Source: Pseudomonadota bacterium
GTDB lineage: Bacteria; Pseudomonadota; Alphaproteobacteria; JACQOE01
Assembly (NCBI GenBank): GCA_016202695.1
Contig: JACQOE010000013.1
Location: 707 to 64,706 of the forward strand
Direction: 5' to 3'
DNA: 64,000 nt
This document shows, one piece after another, positions 1 through 8,686 of this stretch. How positions within the stretch are numbered: position 1 is the first letter of the stretch; every line of letters starts with the position of its first letter. Under the pieces are notes generated by a model that had not been told where the DNA came from, did not search any database, and saw nothing but the letters and a program-made list of their open reading frames with translations. The translations under genes and the position numbers were made by a program.

Positions 1-214
1 GCGGCCCGTTGCCGAAGTAGCGCCCCAGGCGCAGCGCCGTGTCGGCGCTGATCGCGCGCCGGCCGTTGAGGATGTCGGTCACGCGCCCCGAGGGCACGCC
101 CAGGTCGAGCGCGAGCCGGTTGGCGCCGAGCCCCCGCGCCGCGAGCTCGCGCTTCAAGAGACGGCCGGGATGGGCCATCGGCCTGCCGCCGCCCCGGATG
201 CGCCGCACCGGCAT
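1..214 (-). CDS. higA: HigA-family antitoxin / XRE HTH protein (3' end runs off the window)
   Basis: Absent from the ORF track (no stop in window). My translation from ATG 214 (TGATG overlap with the amidase stop) or ATG 178: (MPVRRIRGGGRP)MAHPGRLLKRELAARGLGANRLALDLGVPSGRVTDILNGRRAISADTALRLGRYFGNGP. HPG + HTH + 'ISADTALRL' is the HigA pattern. Confidence 0.85.
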   Translation of the reverse strand, partial: MPVRRIRGGGRPMAHPGRLLKRELAARGLGANRLALDLGVPSGRVTDILNGRRAISADTALRLGRYFGNGP

Positions 215-1638
215 CACGATACCCCCGGCCATCTGTCCGTCCAGGGGCAGGCGGCCTCGAACTCGGCGGCGAGGCGGATAAGCAGGTTATCCTCGCCGAA
301 GCGGCCCATGAGCTGCACCCCCACCGGCATGCCGTCGGGCGCGGGCTCGCCCGGAACGCTGATCGCCGGGTGGCCGGCGGCGTTGGCGATGGTCGAGAAC
401 ACGGCCTGGGCCCGGGGCGGCGCCTCGCGCCCGCCGATCTCCTTGGGATACGGGCTGCCGATCGGCCAGGGCTGGGCGGCCGAGGCGGGCGAGATGATCG
501 CGTCCCACGGCGCCATCGCCTCCATGAACCGCCGGCGAAGGGCGGCGACGCGGTCGAGCGCGCTCAGGTACTCCGCCCCGCTCACCTTGGCCCCGGCCTC
601 GGCCATGGGCACGAAGGCCGGCCCCACCCTGGCCCGCCAGTCGGCGAAGGGGGCCACGATCCGCGCCACCGCCACCGTGGTGAGGGTGGCGAAGATCGCC
701 TCCAGCCCGGCCGTGTCCCAGGGCGGCGCCCCTTCCTCCACCTTGTGGCCCAAACCGGCGAGCGCCCTGGCCGCCTTCTCCACACTCGCGGCGATGGCGG
801 GCTCCACCGGCGAGTCCCCCACCCGCGGCACGTAGAGGAGGCGGAGCCGCGGCGGCGGCGTCAGCCCCTCGGGGCCGACCGCCGGCTCGGTCGCGTGGGC
901 GAGCGAGGCGCGGTCGCGGCCGTCGGGGCGCCCGATGGCGGCGAAGAGGAGCGCCGCGTCGGCCACCGTGCGGGCGATCGGGCCGATGGCCTGGAAGTCG
1001 GAGGCGGTGGGCGGGAAGCCGAAGGCGCGCGCCACGCGGCCCAGCGACGGCTTGAGCCCGACCACCCCGGCGTGGGCCGCGGGCCGGCGGATCGAGCCGC
1101 CGGCGTCGGTGCCGATGGCGAGGGGGGCGATGCCGGAGGAAACTTGCGCCACCGCGCCCCCCGACGAGCCGCCGGGGGTGAGCTCCACGTTCCACGGGTT
1201 GCGGGTGGGGCCGAAGAGAAGGTTGTCGGTGATCGACTGGAGCGCGAACTCGGGGGTGTTGGTCTTGCCCAGGATCACCGCCCCCTCGGCCCGCACCCGC
1301 GCCACCGCGAGGTCGTCCGCCTCGGGCACGAACGTCTCGTAGAGCCGGCTCCCCCAGGTCGCCCGCAAGCCCTTGACCCAGAGGTTGTCCTTGACGGTCA
1401 GCGGGATGCCGTCGAGCGCCCCCAGCCGCGCGCCCCTCGCCGCCCGGGCCTCGGCCGCCCGGGCCGCGGCCATGGCGCCGGGCTCGTCCAGCGTCACCAC
1501 CGCATTGAGGATGGGGTGGAGCGTGCGGGCGCGCTCGATCGCCACCCGCGCGAGCTCCACCGGCGATACCGTCTTCGCCGCGATCAGCCGCGAAAGCTCG
1601 GCCGCGCCCCGCTTCCAGAACTCGGCGGTCGCGATCAT
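214..1638 (-). CDS. Amidase signature family enzyme (GatA-like amidase)
   Basis: VKDN (catalytic Lys), GGSSGG and GTDAGGSIRRPA (Ser-cisSer-Lys triad). Start placed at ATG 1638 (MIATAEF); the ORF track extends further upstream. Confidence 0.93.
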   Translation of the reverse strand: MIATAEFWKRGAAELSRLIAAKTVSPVELARVAIERARTLHPILNAVVTLDEPGAMAAARAAEARAARGARLGALDGIPLTVKDNLWVKGLRATWGSRLYETFVPEADDLAVARVRAEGAVILGKTNTPEFALQSITDNLLFGPTRNPWNVELTPGGSSGGAVAQVSSGIAPLAIGTDAGGSIRRPAAHAGVVGLKPSLGRVARAFGFPPTASDFQAIGPIARTVADAALLFAAIGRPDGRDRASLAHATEPAVGPEGLTPPPRLRLLYVPRVGDSPVEPAIAASVEKAARALAGLGHKVEEGAPPWDTAGLEAIFATLTTVAVARIVAPFADWRARVGPAFVPMAEAGAKVSGAEYLSALDRVAALRRRFMEAMAPWDAIISPASAAQPWPIGSPYPKEIGGREAPPRAQAVFSTIANAAGHPAISVPGEPAPDGMPVGVQLMGRFGEDNLLIRLAAEFEAACPWTDRWPGVS

Positions 1639-1660
1639 CGGCAGCACCTTCCGCGCCCGC

Positions 1661-1963
1661 TCACGCCAGCACCTCGACGATCGACCAGGCGACGATCGCC
1701 ACCCGGGCGAGCGTAGCCCAGACCGGCCGCCCCGCATAGCGCCTGGCGCTCCGCCACACCGCGACCAGGGTGAGGACGATATAGGGAACCGGCAGCAGGA
1801 AGAGGGCGATCACCGCCGCGTCGGGCCCGGCCATCGCCGCCACCGCCAGCCCGGCGAGCGTGGCGGCGCCGTTGACCGCGAGGCCGAGGGCGACCGCGTA
1901 CCACCAGAACGCCTCGGCGAGCCCCCGCTCGCCCGCCCACAGCTCGCCGATCCGCCGCCACAT
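1661..1963 (-). CDS. Small hypothetical membrane protein (100 aa, about 3 TM)
   Basis: Hydrophobic, Trp-rich segments (AFWWYAV..., LVAVWRSA...) and co-oriented directly upstream of the amidase. Confidence 0.7.
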   Translation of the reverse strand: MWRRIGELWAGERGLAEAFWWYAVALGLAVNGAATLAGLAVAAMAGPDAAVIALFLLPVPYIVLTLVAVWRSARRYAGRPVWATLARVAIVAWSIVEVLA

Positions 1964-2053
1964 GCCCCGATCCTAGAGCGTGTTTCGCAAAGGTGGTATC
2001 ACCCCCCTCACCCCTTGCCGTGGGCGCCGCGCCCCTTTCGGGGCGCTGGGCGA

Positions 2054-2086
2054 CCGAGCCAGCGTCGGCTTCGCCGACGCGCTCGG
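2054..2086. repeat. REP-like palindrome
   Basis: ccgagc..gcgtcggc-ttc-gccgacgc-gctcgg interrupted inverted repeat in an intergenic region. Confidence 0.5.
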
Positions 2087-2174
2087 CACGGCAAGCGGCT
2101 ATGGCTCGGCCTCCCGCGTTCGCGGAGCCCGCTCCGGCGGGCGAAGGAAGGTCGGCCTCGCCAAGCCTACGCAA

Positions 2175-2204
2175 CCCTCTCCCCCCGCAAGCGGGGGGAG
2201 AGGG
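2175..2204. repeat. REP-like palindrome (14-bp perfect stem)
   Basis: ccctctccccccgc-aa-gcggggggagaggg; resembles the 'ccctctcccc..ggggagaggg' intergenic repeats common in alphaproteobacteria. Confidence 0.7.
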
Positions 2205-2346
2205 AAGGGTGAGGGGGGCGGCCGCGTCGTCGATCCTGTTCGCCTCAGCGCTCGGCGCCGGCCCCGGCTTTTGCGGTTGCGAAAGCCGGGCCGCCGGTGG
2301 ATGATTCCTCCTTCCCGGCACCGCGTCCACCCCGGCGAGCCCGCCC

Positions 2347-3513
2347 ATGAAGCCCCTCCGCATCCGCGCGATCGAGCCCTGGATCGTCAACGTCTCCGAC
2401 AAGACCAACTGGGCCTTCGTCAAGGCGCTCGCCGAGGACGGCCGGGCCGGGCTGGGCGAGGCCACCCTCTCGGGCTATGAGCCGCTGATCGAGGCCTGCG
2501 TGCGGCGCCTGTCGGGCGAGGTCAAGGGCAAGGGCATCGCCGAGGCGCTGGCGATGTGCGTCCCGCATTCCCACGCCCGCGGCGGGCCGGTCGAGCAGGC
2601 GGTGAAAAGCGCCCTCGACCAGGCGCTCTGGGACCTGCGCGGCCAGGAGGTCGGCCTGCCGGTGCACGAGCTCCTGGGCGCCCGACACCGCGATTCGGTC
2701 CGGGTCTACGCCAACCTCAACCGCGGGCTCAGCGACCGCTCGCCCGCGGGCTACGCCGGGCGGGCCAGGGAGGCGGTGGCCGCGGGGTTCGGGGCGGTCA
2801 AGATCACGCCCTTCGATTCGGTCTTCTGGCAGGACATCTCCGAGCCCGCGACGCGCAAGGCCCTGGCGCTCGGCGTCGAGCGCATCCGCGCCAGCCGCGA
2901 GGCCGTCGGCGCCGGCATCGACCTCATGGTCGACTGTCACTGGCGCTTCACCGAGGCGATGGCGGTCGGCCTCCTCGAGGAGACCGCCGAGATCCGCCTC
3001 TTCTGGCTCGAATGTCCGATCTCGGAGTCGCCCGAGAACCACGCCGCGCTCGCCCGGGTACGCGCCGTCGCCAACGAACTGGGCGTGCGCCTGGCCGGCG
3101 AGGAGTGGCAGAGCGGGCTCTGGTCCTACGCTCCGATCATCCACGCCAAGGCCTACGACGTGGTCATGCCCGACATCCGCTATATCGGCGGCTACCGCGA
3201 GTTCCAGGCGGTGGCGCGCTACGCGGCGCTCTACGGGGTCGAGGTCGCGCCCCACAACCCCGGCGGCCCGGTGATGGCGCTCGCCAGCGCGCACGCCGCC
3301 GCCTCGATCCCCAACTTCCTCGTCCTCGAGCACATGTACGCCGAGAGCCCGCTCTTCCACGAGGTGCTGAAGGGCGAGGCGTTCCGCCCCGCGGGCGGGA
3401 TCGCGCGCCTGACCTCGGCACCCGGCCTCGGAGTGGCGCTCAACGAGGAGCTGATCCGCGAGCGTCCCTACCTGCCGGTCCCGGTGCCGGTGGGCGATCC
3501 CCGCCTCGGCTGA
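2347..3513 (+). CDS. Mandelate racemase/muconate lactonizing (enolase superfamily) enzyme, DgoD-like acid-sugar dehydratase
   Basis: GLGEA N-domain; metal ligands in VDCH, WLECP and AGEE; C-terminal APHNPGGP, LEH and PGLGV. Confidence 0.9.
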   Translation: MKPLRIRAIEPWIVNVSDKTNWAFVKALAEDGRAGLGEATLSGYEPLIEACVRRLSGEVKGKGIAEALAMCVPHSHARGGPVEQAVKSALDQALWDLRGQEVGLPVHELLGARHRDSVRVYANLNRGLSDRSPAGYAGRAREAVAAGFGAVKITPFDSVFWQDISEPATRKALALGVERIRASREAVGAGIDLMVDCHWRFTEAMAVGLLEETAEIRLFWLECPISESPENHAALARVRAVANELGVRLAGEEWQSGLWSYAPIIHAKAYDVVMPDIRYIGGYREFQAVARYAALYGVEVAPHNPGGPVMALASAHAAASIPNFLVLEHMYAESPLFHEVLKGEAFRPAGGIARLTSAPGLGVALNEELIRERPYLPVPVPVGDPRLG

Positions 3514-3548
3514 GAGGATGGGAATGAATCGCCCTGAGCCGCTCAACT

Positions 3549-3620
3549 CGTCACCCCCGCGTAAGCGGGGGTCCATGAGCACGTTCAAAAGAGTGGGTTC
3601 CCGCTTTCGCGGGAACGACG
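3549..3620. repeat. Bipartite REP-like element
   Basis: cgtcacccccgcgtaagcgggggtcca ... tgggttcccgctttcgcgggaacgacg: two hairpins with cgtc/gacg inverted ends, intergenic. Confidence 0.75.
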
Positions 3621-3713
3621 AGAAAAACGCTTCCGTCGACGATATCTCTTGTTGCTATTGAGGGGCGCGAAGCAAGGGCCCGTTCAAACCCCCAGGACTG
3701 GAGAAACCCCCGC

Positions 3714-4406
3714 ATGAAGCTCATCGACCTCAGCCGCGAGCTCTATCACCGCACGCCCACCCACCCCAACCACCCGCCGGTGATCATGACCGTCTGGAAC
3801 GACCACTCCGAGATCAAGCAGGCGGGGGCGACCAGGTTCAGCTCCAAGGCGTTCGCGCTCTCGATGTCGGACCACTCGGGCACCCACGTCGATGCCCCGG
3901 TGCATTTCGACTCGCGCCCCGGGGCCAGGAGCATCGACCAGGTGCCACTCGAGAACTTCTACACCGAGGCGATCTGCCTCGACCTCTCGCACGTGCCCTT
4001 GAAGCACAGCGTCACGGTCGCCGAGATGGAGGCGGCGCTGAAGAAATCCGGCCAGGAGATCAGGAAGGGCGACACGGTGCTGATCTACATGGCCGTGCAC
4101 GACCGCCTGTTCGGCAAGCCCGGGTACGTGACCGACTTCCCCGGCCTCTCGGTCGAGGCGGTGCACTGGCTGGCCGACAGGGGGATCGTCAGCTTCGGGG
4201 TCGAGGCGGTGAGCCCGGCGACCCAGGGCGAGAACAACTACAAGGCGCACCTCGCCTGTGGCGAGCGCGGCATCACCCACATGGAGTGCCTCTGCAACCT
4301 GGACAAGGTGGTGGGCAAGGGCCGCTTCCGATTCATCGGCTTCCCGCTCAGGTTCCGGGGCGGTTCGGCCAGCCCCATCCGCGCGGTAGCGGTACTGGAC
4401 GAGTAG
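3714..4406 (+). CDS. Cyclase family metal-dependent hydrolase (kynurenine formamidase-like)
   Basis: MKLIDLS start, HSGTHVDAPVHF metal motif, ECLCNL and GSASPIRAVA. Confidence 0.92.
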   Translation: MKLIDLSRELYHRTPTHPNHPPVIMTVWNDHSEIKQAGATRFSSKAFALSMSDHSGTHVDAPVHFDSRPGARSIDQVPLENFYTEAICLDLSHVPLKHSVTVAEMEAALKKSGQEIRKGDTVLIYMAVHDRLFGKPGYVTDFPGLSVEAVHWLADRGIVSFGVEAVSPATQGENNYKAHLACGERGITHMECLCNLDKVVGKGRFRFIGFPLRFRGGSASPIRAVAVLDE

Positions 4407-4538
4407 GGATGTCAGCAGGTTAAGAGAAAACTCTCATGTGACACGGAAGCTTCCGGGGCGGCGGGCGGCCGGGCTCTCCGGCCCGGACCTGGGCGTCCGT
4501 TCCGGCCGGCGACGGCCCCCCGCGGGGCCCCCCTCGGC

Positions 4539-5702
4539 TCACCCCCGCTGGTTGAACCTCCGGCCGACCAGGGCCGAGGCGATGTTGACCTTCTGGATGT
4601 CGATGGTGCCCCCGCCGATGCCCCAGCCCCAGGCGTCGCGGAGCCGCTGCTCCATGCCGAAGTCCTTGTGATAGCCGTAGCCGCCCATGAGCTGGAGCGC
4701 GGCGCCGCACACCTCGCGCACCATCTCGTTGGCGAAGCACTTGGCGAGCGAGGAGTCCCGGATCGAGGGGAAGCCCCGATCCGCGTTCGCCGCCGCCCGC
4801 CAGACCAGGAGCCTTGCCGCCTCCACCCGCATCGCCATCTCGGCGAGCTTGAGCTGCACCGCCTGGAAGTCGCAGATCGGCCTGCCGAACTGGCGCCGCT
4901 CCTGGACGTAGGTAAGCACCCGATCGAGCGCGCCTTGGGCGAGGCCCACGCACATGGTGGCGTTGCCGCAGCGCTCCCAGTCGAAGGCGGCCATCAGCTT
5001 CGGAAACGTGCCCGCCGGCCCGATCAGGTTCTCCATCGGCACCGCGACCTCGTCGAAGTGGATGTCGCAGGTGCCGATGCCGCGCCAGCCCATCAGCGGC
5101 TCCTCGGGCCCGAAGGAGACGCCGGGGCGGTCCTTCTCGACGTAGACCGCGCCGATCGCCTTGGCCCCGGGCGCGTCGCCGAAGCGGCAATAGGTGACGT
5201 AGCCCTCGGCGTGGCCGCCGCCCGAGCACCAGCGCTTCTGGCCCGAGACCACGATCCGGTCGCCCTCGATCCGGGCCCGGGTCTTGAGGTCGGTGAGCGC
5301 GGTCCCGGCGTCGGGCTCCGACATCGCCACCGCCACCTGCAGCTCGCCCGCGCACACCCTCGGGATCACTTGGCGCTTCAGCGGCTCGCTCCCGAACACC
5401 TCGATTGCCTTGATCGGCCCGACCGAGCTCTCGAACACCGGGAAGGCGACCGCCGAGGAGACCTTGGCGAACTCCTCCAGCACGATCAGCGCCTCGAGGT
5501 TGCCGAGCCCGAGCCCGCCCCACTCCTGGGCCAGGTTCACGCCCAGGAACCCGAGCTCGGCGTAGCGCCGGCGCAGGCCGGGCGATGGGGGCTCGCCCGT
5601 GCGCTCGATCGCTTGCGCCGCCTCGCGCAGCTCGGCCGAGGCCGCAAATTTCCGCGCCGCCTCCTGAAGCGTCGCCTGCTCGTCGCTCAAGCGGAAGTCC
5701 AT
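4539..5702 (-). CDS. Acyl-CoA dehydrogenase
   Basis: MDFRLSDEQ, AMSEPDAGT, GQKRWCSGG, RRQFGRPI.DFQAVQ, QLMGGYGY and IGGGT motifs. Confidence 0.95.
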   Translation of the reverse strand: MDFRLSDEQATLQEAARKFAASAELREAAQAIERTGEPPSPGLRRRYAELGFLGVNLAQEWGGLGLGNLEALIVLEEFAKVSSAVAFPVFESSVGPIKAIEVFGSEPLKRQVIPRVCAGELQVAVAMSEPDAGTALTDLKTRARIEGDRIVVSGQKRWCSGGGHAEGYVTYCRFGDAPGAKAIGAVYVEKDRPGVSFGPEEPLMGWRGIGTCDIHFDEVAVPMENLIGPAGTFPKLMAAFDWERCGNATMCVGLAQGALDRVLTYVQERRQFGRPICDFQAVQLKLAEMAMRVEAARLLVWRAAANADRGFPSIRDSSLAKCFANEMVREVCGAALQLMGGYGYHKDFGMEQRLRDAWGWGIGGGTIDIQKVNIASALVGRRFNQRG

Positions 5703-5755
5703 CTCCTCCCCCGCATTGCCGTGGATCGTCGGCGCGGACTATAAAGCCTTCCGCC

Positions 5756-6970
5756 ATGCCCCACCACGCCGCCGCCCTGCCGCCGCTCGCGGGCCTCCTC
5801 GTCCTCGACCTCACCCGGGTGCTCGCCGGCCCGTGGTGCACGATGACGCTGGCCGACCTCGGCGCCGAGGTGATCAAGATCGAGAACCCCAAGGGCGGCG
5901 ACGACACCCGCGCCTGGAGCCCGCCCGAGGCGGGGGGCGAGTCCGCCTACTACCTCTGCGCCAACCGCAACAAGAAGAGCGTCGCCGTCGACCTCGGCCA
6001 CGCCGAGGGCCGGCGCCTGGTGCGGGCGCTGGCCGCGAAGGCCGATGTCCTGGTCGAGAACTTCCGCGCCGGAGCCCTCGCCCGATTCGGCCTCGACTAT
6101 CCGGCGCTGGCCGCGGAGAATCCCGGGCTCGTCTACTGCTCGATCTCGGGCTACGGGCGCGAGAGCCCCAAGGCGGAGCTGGGCGGCTACGACTTCGTCG
6201 TCCAGGCCGAGGGCGGGCTGATGGCGATCACCGGCGAGGCCGACGGCGCGCCGATGAAGCTGGGGGTGGCGATCGCCGACCTCATCGCCGGGATGAACGC
6301 GACCGGCGCCATCCTCGCCGCGCTCACCGCCCGCGCGCGCGACGGAAAGGGACAGTTCATCGACATCGCGCTCCTCGACGGGGTGGTGGCGGCGCTCGCC
6401 AACGTCGCCAGCAACCATCTCGTCTCGGGCCGCCCGGCCCGGCGCTACGGCAACGCCCACGCCAACGTGGTGCCCTACCAGCTGTTCGAGGCGAGCGACG
6501 GTGCCCTCGTGCTTGCCTGCGGCAACGACCGCCAGTTCGCCGTCCTCTGCGGCGAGGTGCTGGGCCGCGCCGAGCTCGCCGCCGATCCCCGCTTCGCGAC
6601 CAACCGGGCGCGGGCGGAGAACCGCGAGGCGCTGGTGCCCGTCCTCGCGGCGCTTTTCGCCGCGCGCCCGCGGGCGCACTGGCTGGCGGCGCTCCGGGCG
6701 GCGGGCGTGCCGGCGGGCGCGATCCGCGAGGTGGCCGAGGTGCTGGCCGCGCCCGAGGTGCTGGCCCGCGGCATGGTGCAGGAGGTTCCGCACCCGACCG
6801 CGGGGGCGGTGCGGCTGGTCGCCTCGCCGCTCAAGCTGGCGCGCACTCCGGTGCGCGAGATCGCCCCGCCGCCGCTCTTGGGCGAGCACACCGACGAGGT
6901 GCTTGGGCGCCGCCTCGGCCTCTCCGCGGCCGAGATCGCCCGGCTCCGCGAGGCGCGCGCGATCGCCTGA
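5756..6970 (+). CDS. CaiB/BaiF family III CoA-transferase
   Basis: VLDLTRVLAGP, LADLGAEVIKIE, GDDTR, NRNKKS, ENFR and PPLLGEHT. Start ATG 5756. Confidence 0.95.
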   Translation: MPHHAAALPPLAGLLVLDLTRVLAGPWCTMTLADLGAEVIKIENPKGGDDTRAWSPPEAGGESAYYLCANRNKKSVAVDLGHAEGRRLVRALAAKADVLVENFRAGALARFGLDYPALAAENPGLVYCSISGYGRESPKAELGGYDFVVQAEGGLMAITGEADGAPMKLGVAIADLIAGMNATGAILAALTARARDGKGQFIDIALLDGVVAALANVASNHLVSGRPARRYGNAHANVVPYQLFEASDGALVLACGNDRQFAVLCGEVLGRAELAADPRFATNRARAENREALVPVLAALFAARPRAHWLAALRAAGVPAGAIREVAEVLAAPEVLARGMVQEVPHPTAGAVRLVASPLKLARTPVREIAPPPLLGEHTDEVLGRRLGLSAAEIARLREARAIA

Positions 6971-6980
6971 GGCCCGGCTC

Positions 6981-7628
6981 CTACTCGCCGGCCTTGCGCC
7001 GACCATGGCGCTCCAGCCACTGGGCGTAGGTGATGCGGGGGTACTGCACGAGGTCGGTGGTTCGGGCGTACCAGCCGGTGCCGTGCATGCGCCCGATCAC
7101 CCCCAGCCGCTCGGTCGCCACGTAGAGCTTCTCGGCGTCGAGGAACTCGTCCTTGACGTGCATTGCCACCACCCGGCCGATGACGATGTTCTGGTCGTTG
7201 CCGAGCGCCACCACCGTCTGCAGCACGCACTCCATGTTGACCGGGCTCGCCGCCACCCGCGGCGGCTTGACCTTGACCGAGGGCAGGCTCTCGAGCCCCG
7301 CCGCCTCGAGCTCGTTTTCGCCGGGCGGAAAGTCGGCCGCGCACACCACCATCTCCTCGGCGAACGCCTCGCACACCATGTTGACCACGAACTCGCCCGT
7401 GGCGCGGACGTTGTGGATGGTGTCCTTGGAGCGGGTCTCGTCGGCGTTGACCCCGATCACCACCACCGGCGGATGGGCCGACATGGCGTTGAAGAAGCTG
7501 AAGGGCGCGGCGTTGATGCGGCCCTTCTCGTCGAGGCTGGTGACGAAGGCGATCGGGCGGGGCAGCACGGTGCTGACCAGGAGCTTGTAGCGATCCTTGC
7601 GGGCGAGGGTCTCGAAGTCGAAGTACAT
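6981..7628 (-). CDS. Flavin reductase-like (FMN-binding split barrel) protein
   Basis: RYKLL.STVLPRPIAFVTS, NAAPFSFFN, KDT..NV..TGEFVVN and IGRMHG. Start ATG 7628. Confidence 0.9.
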   Translation of the reverse strand: MYFDFETLARKDRYKLLVSTVLPRPIAFVTSLDEKGRINAAPFSFFNAMSAHPPVVVIGVNADETRSKDTIHNVRATGEFVVNMVCEAFAEEMVVCAADFPPGENELEAAGLESLPSVKVKPPRVAASPVNMECVLQTVVALGNDQNIVIGRVVAMHVKDEFLDAEKLYVATERLGVIGRMHGTGWYARTTDLVQYPRITYAQWLERHGRRKAGE

Positions 7629-7825
7629 GGCGGCTGGTCTCCCCGGGGCCTGGCCGGGGCACCCTAGCCGATGGTCGCGGGGGAGGGAAGGCCGGCGCTC
7701 CCGAACGGGCCGCGGCCCGGCGCGCCCGGGTTTGCGTCGCTTGCCCGGCGTCGCTACAAATAGGGGCGCGCCCGGCGCGGGCGCGCCTCGGGGCCGTGCC
7801 GGCCCGCAGCCCAAGGAGGATCGCC

Positions 7826-8614
7826 ATGCCGGAGCCGGTCGTGCTCACCGAGGTCGACGCCCGGGGCGTGGCCACCCTCGCCCTCAACCGGCCCGAGGTC
7901 TTCAACGCCTACAACGGCGAGATGATCGACGCCCTGATCGAGGCCGGGAGCCGCCTCGCCGCCGATCCCAAGGTGCGGGTGGTGGTGATCAAGGGCCGCG
8001 GCAAGCACTTCCAGGCCGGGGCCGACGTGAACTGGCTGAAGGAGGCCGCCTCCTATCCGCCGGAACGGAATCTCGACGCCTCGATCCGCACCACCACCGC
8101 CATGCGCGGGCTCCACGACCTGCCCAAGCCGACGGTCGCGCTCGTCCACGGCGCCTGCTTCGGCGGCGGCACCGGGCTCGTCGCCTGCTGCGACGTGGCG
8201 ATCGCCGCCGACGACGCTAGGTTCGGCATCACCGAGGTCAGGATCGGCGTCGTCCCGGCGCCGATCGCGCTCTACATGATCGGGGCGCTGGGGCTGCGCG
8301 AGGCGCGCCGCTACGTGCTCACCGGCGAGCGCTTCGGCCCCGAGGTCGCCCGCCACATCGGCCTCGTCCACGAGGTGGTGCCGCGCGAGCGGCTGGAGGC
8401 GCGGGGCGAGGAGGTGGTGAACGAGCTTCTCCTCGGCGGGCCGACCGCGATCGCCAGGTCCAAGGCGTCGCTGATCGCGCTCGCCGGCATGAAGATGGAC
8501 GACGCCGCGCTCCGCCGCTTCGCCGAGGAGGCCGCCGCCCAGCGCGCCTCGGCTGAGGCCGGCGAAGGGCTGAGCGCGTTCCTCGAGAAGCGCAGGCCCG
8601 CCTGGGCACCCTGA
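7826..8614 (+). CDS. Enoyl-CoA hydratase/isomerase (crotonase), methylglutaconyl-CoA hydratase-like
   Basis: LNRPEVFNA, FQAGAD, VHGACFGGGTGL, FGITEVRIG and EG.SAFLEKR. RBS aggagg before ATG 7826. Confidence 0.92.
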   Translation: MPEPVVLTEVDARGVATLALNRPEVFNAYNGEMIDALIEAGSRLAADPKVRVVVIKGRGKHFQAGADVNWLKEAASYPPERNLDASIRTTTAMRGLHDLPKPTVALVHGACFGGGTGLVACCDVAIAADDARFGITEVRIGVVPAPIALYMIGALGLREARRYVLTGERFGPEVARHIGLVHEVVPRERLEARGEEVVNELLLGGPTAIARSKASLIALAGMKMDDAALRRFAEEAAAQRASAEAGEGLSAFLEKRRPAWAP

Positions 8615-8686
8615 GCGCCGGGCGCCGGGGGGAGCCATCGTCCGGGCGCGGGAGCGGCCCGCGACATCGAGCCAGGGAGCCTAACC

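Noticed and set aside
179-213. Both higA genes start 35 bp after the upstream stop (if ATG 178 is used)
   Set aside because: The spacer sequences are unrelated and the first higA may start at 214; probably coincidence.
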